Below are positions 1-11,533 of a stretch of DNA of 64,000 bases, piece after piece. Under the pieces are notes generated by a model, which saw only the letters and a program-made list of their open reading frames with translations, had not been told where the DNA came from and did no database searches. Positions within the stretch are counted from its first letter, which is position 1, and the number at the start of each line of letters is the position of its first letter. The stretch lies in assembly GCA_963847445.1 (NCBI GenBank), contig CAWJZV010000033.1, positions 69,485-133,484 of the forward strand. The letters run 5' to 3'. Made by a program: the position numbers and the translations under genes. Source of the stretch: an uncultured delta proteobacterium (lineage in GTDB: Bacteria; Desulfobacterota; Binatia; UBA9968).

Positions 1-357
1 GGCCGTCCCGGATGGCACAGCAAGATTATCGCCCGCGAGATGATCGAGCCGACCCGCGCCCTCGATTCGCTGCTCGAAGAAGTCGCGCTCCCGCTGCATC
101 GCGAATTGGCGAGCATCGTGCGCTTGCTGCTCGGCGCGACCGCCAAAGACGAAGACGTGAGATTCTGCGCGCTCAGCATCATGGGCCAGTGCGTCTATTA
201 CCATCACGCCCGCACCGTCCTCGCGCGCCTCTACCCGGAACAAAAGTACCACGCTGAGGATGTCGCACGCCTAGTGGAGCATATCAGCGAATTTTCACTG
301 GCGGCGCTGCGAGAGTTAGCGCAGAGAAGGCAGGCGCAAGGCAATGAAACTCCTTGA
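1..357 (+). CDS. TetR-family regulator, CerR/CecR (DUF1956)-type C-terminal domain, 5'-partial
   Basis: Frame open from base 1 (GRPGWHSKIIAREMIEPT...SIMGQCVYY...HISEFSLAAL), typical of the YbiH/CecR C-terminus; lies directly upstream of RND genes. Confidence 0.8.
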   Translation, partial: GRPGWHSKIIAREMIEPTRALDSLLEEVALPLHRELASIVRLLLGATAKDEDVRFCALSIMGQCVYYHHARTVLARLYPEQKYHAEDVARLVEHISEFSLAALRELAQRRQAQGNETP

Positions 358-1567
358 GCTCAAATGGTTGACGAAACGGCGCGCGCTAGCGCCGGTGTTC
401 GTCATCGGTGCGCTGGGAGCCGCCGCCTGCGGCGGCGATCGGCCGGCGACCGCGGTGCCCAAAAGCGAGACGCCGTCCCGTCAGGTAAGAGTGGTCGCGG
501 CGGCACAGACTGAAGCCGCGCGCGTCGTCAGCGCCAGCGGCACATTGGCGGCCGACGACCAATTTGTTTTGGGCACGAAGGTCGTCGGACGCTTAGGCGA
601 GATCGCTGTCGATCTCGGCAGCCGCGTGAAGAAAGGTCAAGCCATCGCGCGCATCGACCAAAGCGACTATCGCCTGCGCGTCGAACAAGCGGACGCCGCG
701 CTCCAGCAATCGCGCGTCAGGCTGGGACTGCCTGCGTCGGGGAACAGCGACAAGGTGGATATCGAACAAACATCACTGGTCCGCCAAGCTGCGGCGGTAT
801 TCAAAGAAGCCCGTCTAAGTCACGACCGGATGGTCGAACTTTGGGATCGAAAGCTAATCGCGCGCGCAGAGCTCGACAGCGCCGTATCCCAACTCGCGGT
901 GGCGGAAGGGCGCTATCAAGATGCAATCGAAGAAGTCCGCAATCGTCTGGCTGTGTTGGTGCAGCGCCGTTCCGAGCTTGAGATCGCCCGCCAGCAGCTT
1001 GCCGATACCGTCATCGTGTCGCCCATCGACGGCGCCGTCAGCGAACGCCAGGCCGCTGTCGGCCAATACCTGCCGGCCGGCGCGCCCGTCGTGACACTGG
1101 TGCGCACTGATCCGTTGCGGCTGCGCCTCGCAGTTCCCGAGCGCGAAGCGGGCTTGGTCCGCGTCGGCCAGACCGTGGATCTCACCGTCGAAAGCGATGC
1201 CAACAAATACCAGGGCAGGGTCGCGCGACTCTCGCCGGCGATCGCCGAGAACAACCGAACTTTGATGATCGAAGCCGAGGTGCCCAACGGCCAGGGCGCG
1301 TTGCGCCCCGGTTCGTTCGCCAAGGCGGACATAGTGATCGAAGCTGGGCAGGAGATCGTCACGGTGCCGCGCAACTCGATCATTACCTTTGCGGGGATCG
1401 AAAAGGTTCTCATGGTGGCCGAGGGAAAAACTGTCGAGAAGCGTGTGCGTACCGGACGCCGTATCGGCGAGCAGGTAGAAGTTACCGAGGGTATCTTTGC
1501 CGGCAATCAAGTCATCGTGCAACCGGGCAACCTCGTCGCCGGCGAGCCTGTGACAGTGGTGAACTGA
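344..1567 (+). CDS. RND efflux periplasmic adaptor (membrane fusion protein), lipoprotein
   Basis: Lipobox-like GAAAC, G.LGEIAVDLGSRVKKGQ lipoyl motif, coiled coil, IVSPIDG; abuts the AcrB-like gene. Confidence 0.93.
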   Translation: MKLLELKWLTKRRALAPVFVIGALGAAACGGDRPATAVPKSETPSRQVRVVAAAQTEAARVVSASGTLAADDQFVLGTKVVGRLGEIAVDLGSRVKKGQAIARIDQSDYRLRVEQADAALQQSRVRLGLPASGNSDKVDIEQTSLVRQAAAVFKEARLSHDRMVELWDRKLIARAELDSAVSQLAVAEGRYQDAIEEVRNRLAVLVQRRSELEIARQQLADTVIVSPIDGAVSERQAAVGQYLPAGAPVVTLVRTDPLRLRLAVPEREAGLVRVGQTVDLTVESDANKYQGRVARLSPAIAENNRTLMIEAEVPNGQGALRPGSFAKADIVIEAGQEIVTVPRNSIITFAGIEKVLMVAEGKTVEKRVRTGRRIGEQVEVTEGIFAGNQVIVQPGNLVAGEPVTVVN

Positions 1568-4500
1568 TGCAAAAGCTGGCGGAAATTTCCATCCGACGCC
1601 CGGTTTTTGCCTCGATGATCATTCTGGCGCTCGTGGTCGTCGGCGCGGCGAGTTATTTCCGCCTCGGCGTGGACCGCTTTCCATCCGTCGACCTGCCCAC
1701 CGTCTCGGTCCGCACTACTTTGCCAGGCGCCTCCCCTGAAGAAGTCGAGACGATCATTTCACGGCCGATTGAAGAGGTCGTCAACACGGTCGAAGGGATC
1801 GACGAGCTCCGTTCCGTATCCGGCCGGGGAACCTCGTTCGTTATGGCGACGTTCAACCTCGACCGCGATATCGACGTCGCCGCCCAGGATGTGCGCGATC
1901 GGGTCGCTACCGTGCTCAATCGTTTGCCGAACGACGTCGATCCTCCGGTCATTTCGAAGTTTAACAACGAAGACTCGCCGATTCTCACCATTGCTATTTC
2001 CGGCGACCGATCGCTGCGCGAATTGACGGAGATTGCCGATAAGATCGTCAAGGTCCAGCTCGAGCGCTCAGTCGGCGTGGGAGAGGTGCGGCATTGTCGG
2101 CGGTTTGGAACGCGCCATCAACGTCTGGGTCGACGCGGACCGTTTGGCGGCCTACCAGATTCCAATCACCGCGGTTCGCGACGCGATCCAACGGCAGAAT
2201 GCCGACATACCCGGCGGCAATGTGACCAGCGGCGCGCGCGAGCAGGTGCTCCGTACCATGGGAAGGATCACGGATCCGAGAGGCTTTCAATGACCTCGTA
2301 ATCAGCACCGTTAACGGGTCGCCTATTCGCGTTCGCGACATCGGCCGCGCCGAAGACGGCACCAAGGAACAGCGCTCTCTGTCGCGATTGAACGGCGTGC
2401 CGACGGTCCAGCTCCAAGTGCGACGCCAATCAGGCGCGAATACGGTCGCGGTCATCGAGTCCGTAAAAGAAAACCTCGCGCGCGTCACTCGGCAGCTCCC
2501 GGCCGATGTGAAAACCGAAATCATCCGGGACCAGTCGCGCTACATCTACGCCGCGCTGCGCGAAATCAACGTGCACCTGATTTTAGGCAGTATCCTGGCG
2601 ACCTTAGTCGTGTTGGCTTTCATGCGCAATTGGCGCTCCACGGTGATCAGCGCAGTAGCCATTCCGGCTTCGGTCCTCTCGACGTTTGGCATGATGTGGG
2701 CGCTCGGCTTTACCCTAAACAGCGTGACCATGCTAGCCCTCGTCTTGATGGTCGGCATCGTCATCGACGATGCCATCGTAGTCCTGGAGAACATCTTCCG
2801 ATTCGTCGAGGAAAAACGCATGAATTCCTTCGAGGCGGCCCGCGCCGCGACCGCCGAAATCGGCTTGGCGGTCATGGCGACGACGTTCAGCCTCGTCGTT
2901 ATCTTCGTTCCCGTCGCTTTCATGTCCAGCATTTCCGGACGTTTTCTCTATCAATTCGGACTGACTGCGTCGGTGGCCGTGCTGGTCAGTCTTTTGGTTT
3001 CGTTTACGCTTACGCCGATGATGAGCGCGCGCATGCTGCGCGCCGAGGACGCGGCGCCCGAGGGCGGAGGAATCCCATTCACGGCAGGGATTTTACGCCT
3101 GGATCGACCGTCACTACGAGCGCATGCTGCGATGGTCCATGGCCCACCGCGTGGCGGTCATGATGTTCGCGGGACTCGTGGTGCTCTCCTCCATTCCTCT
3201 CTATACGCTGGTGCAACAGGAATATATTCCCAGCAACGTGGATGAAGCGGAGTTCGAGGTCAACGTCACCGCCCCTCAAGGCGTTAGTCTGGCGGCGGTG
3301 GACGAGATCATGCGCGCCGTGGAAAACGAGCTGCGCGCCATTCCGTTAGTGCGCCTGATGCTCTGCGATGCCGGCGGAGGCTTCATCAGCGGCGTGGGCA
3401 CGGGCGGCTGTTACGTGCGCATCGCGCCCCACGATGAGCGAGATTTTTTCGTTTACGCCGCCTTGTGGCGCGAGACCCTTAACGGTCAACCCTGGGTCGC
3501 ATTGCGCAACACTTCGCAGCGCGACGTGATGCAGCAAGTCCGCGCGGGCCTGAATAAATTCACGGATCTCCGGACTTCAGTGCGCAACCTGCCATCGTTC
3601 AACATCGGCGGCGGCAACTGGGACATCGATTTCGTTCTGCGCGGTCCGAATCTTCAAACCCTGGCGGCTTATGGCGAGGAATTGCGCCTCCGTTCGCAAA
3701 AGCTCGGTATCATCGATGCCGATACGACGCTCAAGCTCGACAATCCGGAATTGCGCGTGGTGATCGATCGCAAGCGCGCCGCCGACCTCAACGTGGACAC
3801 GGAGCACATCGCCTCAGCGCTTGCGGCTAATGGTCGGCGGCGACGAGAAAGTGTCGCGCTTCATCGATCCGTCCGTCAACGAGCAATATGACGTGCAACT
3901 GCGTTTGTCGCAGCCCGATCGAGAAGATATCGCGACGATCACTCACCTTTACGTTCCGCGCGCGGGAGCCGGTCTGGTGCGGCTTGACAATCTGGTGTTG
4001 GTCGCGCCGGCCATGAGCGCGTCCCGCATCGACCGGCTGGATCGTCAACGCCAGGTGAGCCTGCGCGCTCAAATCGCTCCCGGTTTCGCGCTCGCCGACC
4101 GTCTGGAGGCGCTCAATGGAGCGGTGCGCGAAATGAATCTACCCGCCGAATACACCACCACCGTATCCGGGCGCGGCCGTGAATTGGAACGCACCTTTAC
4201 ACAGTTTATATGGGCTTTTTTGCTTTCCATCATCTTTATGTACATGATTCTCGCTTCGCAGTATGACAGCACGATCCATCCGTTCACCATATTGCTCTCT
4301 TTGCCGCTGTCTATTCCATTTGCGCTGTTCTCGCTCTGGCTTACGGGCAATACACTCAATCTCTATTCCGCACTCGGCATACTCGTGCTCTTCGGCGTGG
4401 TCAAGAAGAACTCTATCTTGCAGATCGATCATATGAACCGGCTGCGCGGCGAAGGCACGGACCGGCTCGTCGCCATCATGCGCGCCAATCGCGACCGGCT

Positions 4501-4759
4501 GCGTCCGATACTGATGACTACACTGGCGCTGGTTGCCGGTATGCTGCCGCTTGCCCTCGGCAGCGGCCCCGGTGCTGAAGAACGGCGAGCCGTCGCCGTT
4601 GTCGTCATCGGCGGGCAAACTCTATGCTTGCTGCTGACGTTGCTGGTCACCCCAGTGGCCTACTCGATGTTCGAGGATTGGGCCAAGAGTCTCAATCTCG
4701 GCCGCATGCGCCGCGTCAGCCGCTTTTGCGCCGAGCGGCTGCGTTGGTCGAATCGCTAA
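1567..4759 (+). CDS. AcrB/AcrD/AcrF-family RND permease, split by several apparent frameshifts
   Basis: Consecutive ORF pieces give RRPVFA..., GIVIDDAIVVLENI, GVVKKNSIL and RLRPILMTT motifs. Confidence 0.92.
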
Positions 4760-4881
4760 GACAACCTGACCGCAGCAAATAGCCATCCTGTTGGTTTTTG
4801 CGTTCGCCCCTAGTCGAAGATCTCTCGTCGAGTCAATACCTGTTCCGTTGTTTAAAAAACAACGCGATCAAAAGTACAAAT

Positions 4882-5919
4882 TCACCTGGCCGGCAACGGA
4901 TCGGCGCCGGCCAATTTGTTGAATAGCTCGATCACAGCCGCGTCTCGTGGCAGTTCGCGAATCACTTTGTCCAACGCGTCCGCGGCCAGGGGCGATGCCG
5001 CTTCGCCGGAGAGCTTTTGGTATTCTTTCAAGAACTCGGGGTCGCTGAGAGTTTTACGCATGGCGTCGGCAAGTATCTGCACGCGATCTCTGGGCACGCC
5101 CGGCGGCAGGAAAAAGTTTTGGCCGGCGATGCGGAAGGCGCGAAACATTTCGACCATTTTTTTCTCGCGGTCCGATTTCGCGAAGTTGCCGAGTTCCGGC
5201 ACCTGCGCGAAACGCGGGTGGCGTTCGCCCTTGGGAATCTCGATGCTGGCATGGACGTCCACCAGTCCCTTGTCCAACCAGTCGCGGTTGCGCCGGATCA
5301 GCGAGTCGCCGGTGCTGACCCGACTATCGGCCTCGCGCTGGGCCAGGGCGACATCGATCTCAGGGCCGGTAAAGCCGACGACAAATTTGGGCTCTTTCAA
5401 ACCAAGCAGATAAGCGAATACCCGACCGGTGATGTAAATTGGATGGCCCACCGACTGGGCGGCGATCCGCACGTTGCTCGCGGCGCGCAGTTTTTCCAAG
5501 CTGGATAAACCCGCTTCGCCATGGGTGATGAAGATATAGTGCTGCGCGCTGTCCGGCGTGCCCAGATAAATTAACTTGTCGATATCGTATTGCACCCCCG
5601 GCTCGCCGAGTATTGCGTTGGTCACCAGCGCCGCACCCATGCTGCCGATGGTCAAACCATCGGGCTTGGCGACTTTGTAAACGTGATTGGCCGCCTGCCG
5701 GCCGCCGCCACCGCCCATATGCTGAATCACAATCGTTGGGTTGCCGGGAATATGTTTGCGGAGAATATTAGTCACCGCGCGGGTGCGCAAATCCGCCGAA
5801 CCCGCCGGCGGCCCACCGAGAATCACGGCAATCGTCTTATCTTGAAAGAAAGGAACCTGGGCCCAAACTGGCACAGCGCAGAATAGCAGCAACGACAATA
5901 CGGCTTCTCGAATCTTCAT
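4882..5919 (-). CDS. Bug/TctC-like tripartite tricarboxylate transporter substrate-binding protein
   Basis: Signal peptide, KHIPGNPTIVIQHMGGGGG, KPDGLTI, PPGVPRDRVQIL...DPEF motifs. Confidence 0.85.
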   Translation of the reverse strand: MKIREAVLSLLLFCAVPVWAQVPFFQDKTIAVILGGPPAGSADLRTRAVTNILRKHIPGNPTIVIQHMGGGGGRQAANHVYKVAKPDGLTIGSMGAALVTNAILGEPGVQYDIDKLIYLGTPDSAQHYIFITHGEAGLSSLEKLRAASNVRIAAQSVGHPIYITGRVFAYLLGLKEPKFVVGFTGPEIDVALAQREADSRVSTGDSLIRRNRDWLDKGLVDVHASIEIPKGERHPRFAQVPELGNFAKSDREKKMVEMFRAFRIAGQNFFLPPGVPRDRVQILADAMRKTLSDPEFLKEYQKLSGEAASPLAADALDKVIRELPRDAAVIELFNKLAGADPLPAR

Positions 5920-6019
5920 ATCAGTCCAGCAACACAGTCCTCAGGACGTAAGCTCTATGGAATCAGCGCGCTGCGGCATCGGCAACTCAGCAAGAATTAA
6001 CGATTCCCGACCGGCGATG

Positions 6020-7552
6020 CTATCGGAGCGGCTCAAAGAAGGCATCGTCTACGTGCACATAACCGTGAACTCTATCCTCTCCCAGCGAACGCACGCGCAG
6101 GAATTCACCGCCGTGACTTGCAACTTCGACACGAAGTCCCGGCCGCAGGGTATCGATGATGTCGGCATTCGCCGTTGGTTTGTTTCGTAATAACGTGGCT
6201 ACGCTAACGCGAAATTCCTTGTGCGCAGGCGGTTTAATGATTTTGCGAGTAGCGACAGGCGTCGGCGGTGTTTTACGAGGTCGCTCTGCGGTCTGCGGAT
6301 CGCTTTCCGGCAGAACGCCAATCGACGACCGCGGCAAAATCTCAGGGGAAAGCCCTGACGTGCCGGGACGATCCGAACTGGTCCCTACCGAGGCGCGCGT
6401 GACCGTGAGCTTTGGCAAAAGATTGCGAACCTCCATCGTGGACTTATTCGTATGTGAAACGGTGACTTCAGTTCTTGGAGGCGACGAGACCGCCCATCCC
6501 CAAGCCAAGACGACAATCGCAGTCAGGGCACCGGTGGCAAACTTAAGTTGCTTCTTGTCTAGTGCAAACTCCGCGCGAACCGGCCGAGCAACCGATCCGA
6601 TCGGTGGCGGGGTGTCATATTCGCCAGCTGCGATGAGATTGTCAGGTCGATCACCGGTATCGACAATTGCCGGCGCGCGACAATTTGCCAACTCACTCGG
6701 AGCATCGACTGTCTCCACAGGTGGCTTAATCTCCGACGGCAACCTCCCGTCCAAGCGCAGTTCCGCTGCAGCGTCGTCGATGACCTCCGGTGTAATCGTC
6801 GTGCACCCCGCCTGGTAGGCACGTTCCAATGCGTTATCGCATAGCGAATTGATCACACGGGGAATGCCGCGCGAGTATGCGGCGATCAGTTTCACGGTCG
6901 TTAAGTTGAAAAGCTCTCCGCCTTTGTAACCTGCTTGATTGAGCCGCGCCGCTAGATAAGGACCGACCTCATGGGCAGCAAGCGGATACAAGACATGACG
7001 ATGAGCGACCCGTTGCTTGAACTGACGCATTTTTGGCCGATCCAGCCGACTCTCAAGCTCCGGTTGGCCAACCAGAATGATCTGAATTAGCTTCTCGCTA
7101 TCGGTCTCGAGATTGCCCAGGAGTCTGAGTTCCTCCAACACTTCGTCGCTCAGGCCCTGAGCCTCATCGAAAATCCAGGTCACGATGCGCCCTTGCGTAT
7201 GTTGCCGCAGCACGTAGTCGTTGAGTTGCTCCAGCATCGATTCCTTGTCCGTCGTCCTGGCGGGGGTGCCCAAGTCGTTGAGGATCGCACGTAACAATGA
7301 GGTGAATTTCAAACGCGGATTGAAGATGTAGGCGTACGCGATACGATTTGAAAAACTCCGCATCAAGCGGCGCAGAAGTGTCGTTTTGCCGGTACCCGCC
7401 TCACCGGTAACGACGATGAACCCCTTCCTCCCCTCGATCCCGTAGCGCAATTTGCCCAGCACTTCCTCGTAGTTGGCGCTGTTGTAAATGAACCGCGGGT
7501 CCGGTGTCACACTGAAGGGCAATTCCTCAAGGCCGAAATGATTGCGATACAT
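6020..7552 (-). CDS. ExeA/GspA-family AAA ATPase with TM segment and C-terminal SH3b-like domain
   Basis: MYRNHFGLEELPFSVTPDPRF start, Walker A GEAGTGKT, DEAQ, LVGQPEL, GIPRVINSLCD; TM helix; terminal LRNKP...GYVH. Confidence 0.9.
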   Translation of the reverse strand: MYRNHFGLEELPFSVTPDPRFIYNSANYEEVLGKLRYGIEGRKGFIVVTGEAGTGKTTLLRRLMRSFSNRIAYAYIFNPRLKFTSLLRAILNDLGTPARTTDKESMLEQLNDYVLRQHTQGRIVTWIFDEAQGLSDEVLEELRLLGNLETDSEKLIQIILVGQPELESRLDRPKMRQFKQRVAHRHVLYPLAAHEVGPYLAARLNQAGYKGGELFNLTTVKLIAAYSRGIPRVINSLCDNALERAYQAGCTTITPEVIDDAAAELRLDGRLPSEIKPPVETVDAPSELANCRAPAIVDTGDRPDNLIAAGEYDTPPPIGSVARPVRAEFALDKKQLKFATGALTAIVVLAWGWAVSSPPRTEVTVSHTNKSTMEVRNLLPKLTVTRASVGTSSDRPGTSGLSPEILPRSSIGVLPESDPQTAERPRKTPPTPVATRKIIKPPAHKEFRVSVATLLRNKPTANADIIDTLRPGLRVEVASHGGEFLRVRSLGEDRVHGYVHVDDAFFEPLR

Positions 7553-7960
7553 AAAGCTCCCTGACCGCGTTAACGGCGCGACGAAATCTGGCCCCGAGGC
7601 CTGGAGATCGCGACGGCTATGTACTCAAGCACTCGAAACTGATCGCCCCGAAGCCAGCGATCATCCGACTGAACGCTCTCGTTGCCTGCTTGTTGCGAAG
7701 CCCTTTCCCGGCACGGCATGCTGAATCCTATTTATCACCCCGCAAACGAACTGCAACCCTGGGCCGGCGCTCGGAAACCGCATTGCTGGGGGCCGACGCC
7801 GCCTACGGCTGTTTCAATTCCACCCTAGTCTAGTGGGCATACTGGAAAAAGCTAGCAGGTCGGCATGACCAAAAAAAAGCATGCTGCCGGCTTGATGTCA
7901 CAAGCGCTGTCGGGTTAAGACATTCGCCGAAGCATCTCGTCAGTTCCGGAGACTGGTAAA

Positions 7961-9085
7961 ATGTTCTCACCGTTAAGACTCCAGCAAATTTGCATCCTGG
8001 GAATGCTATTGGCTTTCGTGCCGTCTTCTAATCACCAGCTGTTTGCCGCCGATGGCCAAGACGAATGGCGCCGCATTGTCGAAGCGGCGAAGAAAGAAGG
8101 CAAAGTCGTCGCCGGCGGCCCGCCCACCGCGGTGCTGCGCAAGCAATTCAAAGAGACTTTTGAAAGCCGCTTCGGCATCGAGTTGGAATTGCTCTCGGCG
8201 CCGGGACCGCAGAATGCCCAGCGGGCGATCGCTGAATTCAAGGCCGGGGTGAAGCATTTCGACGTGCTGCACGGCGGTTCGGGAACGTTGCAGCCGCTGC
8301 GCAATGACAACATGCTCGCGCCGTTTATGGATAATGTGGTTCTCCCCGAAGTTCGCGATGCCAAGCAATGGTGGGGCGGCCATATGTGGGAGGACAACGT
8401 CAAAACCAACCGCTTTATCTATTCTTTCTCCGCCGACTACACCGTGCCGCCGTTTTACAACTCGGACTTGGTCAAGCCCAACGAGATCACTTCCTACGAC
8501 GACCTGTTGCAGCCCAAATGGAAAGGCAAGATCGGCATGTTCGAGCCGCGCGTCGCCAGCGCCGGCCAGGGTTTATGGGGATATTTGATGCGCGCCAAGG
8601 GCAAAGAATTCTTGCAAAGACTCGCCGAGCAAAACCTCTATATTCATCGCGACGGCCAGCAGATCGCCGTCAATCTGGCCAAAGGGAATCTCGCCGTGGC
8701 CCTCGCCGTGGCGCAACGCTTCGTCGAGCCCTACATCAAAGGCGGCTTGCCGATCAAAGCACTGACATCGATCAAAGAAGGCATGGGCGGCAGCAACGGC
8801 TTCGGCACGGTCGCGGTCATGGCCAATGCGCCCCATCCGAACGCGGCGAAAGTCTACATCAACTGGTTGCTCGGCAAGGAAGGCCAAGATCTCTACGGCC
8901 GCGCCCTTACCCAAGGCACCCGGCGCTTCGACGTCGACACCAAATGGCTGACCCGCTACAACACCCCGGCGGCCAAAGATGTCACCACGCCGGAGGAGTT
9001 CGAGAAAGTGCGCTTCTTCGGTGAAGACGTGGTCGCCAACTGGCGCGAGCCGGCCGGCGAGTTCGCGCGGAAGATTTTAAAGTAG
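7961..9085 (+). CDS. ABC-type extracellular solute-binding protein (Fe3+/polyamine/thiamine-like PBP2)
   Basis: Signal peptide, AAKKEGKVV, DLLQPKWKGKI, APHPNAAKVYINWLL..EGQ. Confidence 0.88.
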   Translation: MFSPLRLQQICILGMLLAFVPSSNHQLFAADGQDEWRRIVEAAKKEGKVVAGGPPTAVLRKQFKETFESRFGIELELLSAPGPQNAQRAIAEFKAGVKHFDVLHGGSGTLQPLRNDNMLAPFMDNVVLPEVRDAKQWWGGHMWEDNVKTNRFIYSFSADYTVPPFYNSDLVKPNEITSYDDLLQPKWKGKIGMFEPRVASAGQGLWGYLMRAKGKEFLQRLAEQNLYIHRDGQQIAVNLAKGNLAVALAVAQRFVEPYIKGGLPIKALTSIKEGMGGSNGFGTVAVMANAPHPNAAKVYINWLLGKEGQDLYGRALTQGTRRFDVDTKWLTRYNTPAAKDVTTPEEFEKVRFFGEDVVANWREPAGEFARKILK

Positions 9086-9134
9086 TCGAATAAGGTGAGA
9101 AAAGCCCTCTACGAAAGTTGGAAGCGATGGATTC

Positions 9135-9216
9135 TTCACCACGAAGGACACGAAGTTCACGAAGACTTCTATCCCAAGATTCCGAACCTTCGTGATCTTC
9201 GTGCCTTCGTGGTGAA
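9135..9216. repeat. Palindromic element with 9-bp-period CACGAAG arms
   Basis: ttcaccacgaaggacacgaagttcacgaag...cttcgtgatcttcgtgccttcgtggtgaa; near copy at 11156-11240. Confidence 0.85.
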
Positions 9217-10207
9217 ATCGATCGTTCATCACTTTTGCCACGGCTATTTTGCTTGGTCTCCGCCGGTCATTCGCAAGACAAAAAACTCGCCGCCGTCACC
9301 ATCGGCTACTCCGCGATCAGCGGCAGCTTCGCGCCGCTTTGGGTGGCCCAGGATCTTGGCTTGTTCGCCAAACATGGGCTGGACACCAAGCTGGCGTACA
9401 TTCAGGGCAACCGCGTCATGTTGTCGGCGCTGACCGCCGGCGAGATTCAATTCTACCAGGGCGGCGCCGAAGGATTGATCCGGCTGGTTTCCGGCGGCGG
9501 CGACGGCGTGTTCATCGCTACCCAGTACAACACCGTGGCCCATTACGTCTTGCTCACCGATCCGAGCATCGTGCAAGTTGGAAGATCTGCGCGGCAAGAG
9601 AATCGCCCTCGACCCGACCAGCCCGACCTACGGTTATTTTTTGAAAGTCCTGGAACAGGTCGGCCTCAAGAAGGAAGATGTCCAGTTCGTCCAGTTCGGC
9701 ACCGCCGGCCAACCGGAGCGCACTGCCGCGGTGCTGCGCAAGCAAGCCGCCGCGACCATCCTGACGGCGCCCAACACCTACGCCGCCGAAAAGCAGGGAC
9801 TGAGAAAGTTTTCGATCATCCGTGATCTCGCCATCCGCCAGCTGATTACGATCACCGGCACGACGCGAAAATACCTGCGCGAGCGGCGCGACGGCGCCGA
9901 GGCGTTTTTGCGCGGTTATGTTGAAGGGCTCGCCCATGTGCGCAGCCAAAGAGACTCGACTATCCGCGTAATCGCCAAATACACGCGCCAACGCGACGCC
10001 GAAATCTTGAATAAATTCTACGACGAGATGGCGTCGGACTTGCCGCGCATTCCCTATGTCGACGAGGCTTCGACGCGGGCGACGATTGACGCCATGCAGA
10101 GCCAAGGTCCGCCGCTGCCGAAAGTCGACGCGAAAGGAATTGTCGATAACAGCTTGCTCAGGTCTTTCGAGACCAGCGGCTTGATCGATAAGCTGGCGCC
10201 GCGCTAA
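9212..10207 (+). CDS. NMT1/THI5-like ABC substrate-binding protein (frameshifted; start uncertain, 9095 or 9212)
   Basis: IGYSAISGSFAPLWVAQDLGLFAKHGL continues after an indel as EDLRGKRIA...IVDNSLL. Confidence 0.82.
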
Positions 10208-10216
10208 GAAAAACGG

Positions 10217-10307
10217 TCGAGGATGGAAGATCGAGGATAGAGGATCGATAGAGCCCAGCAGGAATTCTGATCGATCGCCATCCTCCATCCTCATCGTCTA
10301 TCATCGA
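10217..10307. repeat. Palindromic element with about 7-bp-period GAGGAT(C/A/G) arms
   Basis: tcgaggatggaagatcgaggatagaggatcgatag...cgatcgccatcctccatcctcatcgtctatcatcga. Confidence 0.75.
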
Positions 10308-10325
10308 CGAAAAAGGAGACTGAAT

Positions 10326-11045
10326 ATGCGCTACGAACTCTACTACCAACCGTCCATTCAAGGCCGCGGTGAATTCGTTCGCTTGGCGCTGGAAGACGCC
10401 GGTGCCGACTATGTCGACGTCGCCCGCGATCCCGCCTTCGGCCGTCCCGGCATCATGAAGATTCTCGAAGATCCCAACGTCGAGCATCCATCCTATGCGC
10501 CGCCATTCTTGAAAGCCGGCAAGCTTATGATCGGTCAGACGGCCAATATTCTTCAGTACCTTGGCCCACGCTTGGGACTGGTGCCGAAAGACCAAGCGAG
10601 CCGGCTGTGGGTGCATCAATTGCAGCTGACGGTGACCGATTGGGTGGCCGAGGTCGGCAACACCCATCATCCCATCGCCAACGCGCTTTACTACGAAGAA
10701 CAAAAAGACGAAGCGAAAAAGCGCGCATCCTTTTTCACCTCGCAGCGCATTCCGAAGTTTTTCGGCTACTACGAAAAGATATTGCAGAAAAACGGCAAAG
10801 CCACTCCCTACCTGCTCGGCAAAAAGATTTGCTACGCCGATCTGTCGCTATTTCAAATGGTCGAGGGGCTGCGCTACGCCTTTCCCCGCGCCATGGCGAA
10901 AGTGGCACCGACCATCCCGCGCGCCATCGCCCTGCACGACCGGGTCGCCGCCCGGCCGCGGATAAAAAAATATCTGGCATCGCCGCGCCGTTTGGCGTTC
11001 AACACCAACGGCATCTTTCGTCACTATCCGGAGCTGGATGAGTAG
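10326..11045 (+). CDS. Glutathione S-transferase
   Basis: YELYY..IQGRGEFVRLALE, APPFLK, GQTANIL, YADLSLFQ; RBS aggag. Confidence 0.92.
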   Translation: MRYELYYQPSIQGRGEFVRLALEDAGADYVDVARDPAFGRPGIMKILEDPNVEHPSYAPPFLKAGKLMIGQTANILQYLGPRLGLVPKDQASRLWVHQLQLTVTDWVAEVGNTHHPIANALYYEEQKDEAKKRASFFTSQRIPKFFGYYEKILQKNGKATPYLLGKKICYADLSLFQMVEGLRYAFPRAMAKVAPTIPRAIALHDRVAARPRIKKYLASPRRLAFNTNGIFRHYPELDE

Positions 11046-11155
11046 GTCAATGCCAAACCGGTGGACTTGGACCAGAGAGGTGGATGCGATGGCCATCGAA
11101 AGAACGAGTTACTCAGGCTTCCGTGTGGCTAACCTGCAACAATCACCTTGATTTT

Positions 11156-11240
11156 TTTCACCACGAAGCTTACGAAGGACTGAAGGTTTCGGAAAATTAA
11201 CACTCCGAGCTTCGTGATCTTCGTGTCCTTCGTGGTGAAA
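11156..11240. repeat. Palindromic element with 9-bp-period CACGAAG arms
   Basis: tttcaccacgaagcttacgaaggactgaag...cttcgtgatcttcgtgtccttcgtggtgaaa. Confidence 0.85.
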
Positions 11241-11289
11241 GAGCCTTCACAGTTAACCCGACATAACCAAAGAACTATCACCGCCCGGC

Positions 11290-11455
11290 TCTGCTGAGTA
11301 TCGAGCACCGGGCCTGCGAGCGGGCTTTTGCCGACGATGGTAGTTGCGCGAGCGACTCGGCGAGCTCGGCGATATGTTTCATGTCGAAGCCAAGCCAATT
11401 TGCCAGCGCGCTTCGATGGGCACCTTACCCGCGACCAGCACGGTATCCCTGTTCC
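11290..11455 (-). pseudogene. Possible remnant of an amidohydrolase (deaminase-type) C-terminus
   Basis: Across frames reads DTVLVAGK..KRAGKL.GFDMKHIAELAES, like the NVDTV.VAG..K..G.L.G.D tail of Amidohydro_1 enzymes; no start or N-terminus. Confidence 0.4.
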
Positions 11456-11533
11456 CGGAATTGTCCTGCCGTGGAGTTGTCATTGCAGTCTAAGGGAGTT
11501 TAACTGATGCCGGCAAAGGAGGAATAATTTAAC

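Noticed and set aside
7553-7960. Riboswitch in the long ExeA/SBP intergenic region
   Set aside because: No recognisable c-di-GMP, TPP, cobalamin or SAM consensus found by eye; an Rfam cmscan would be decisive
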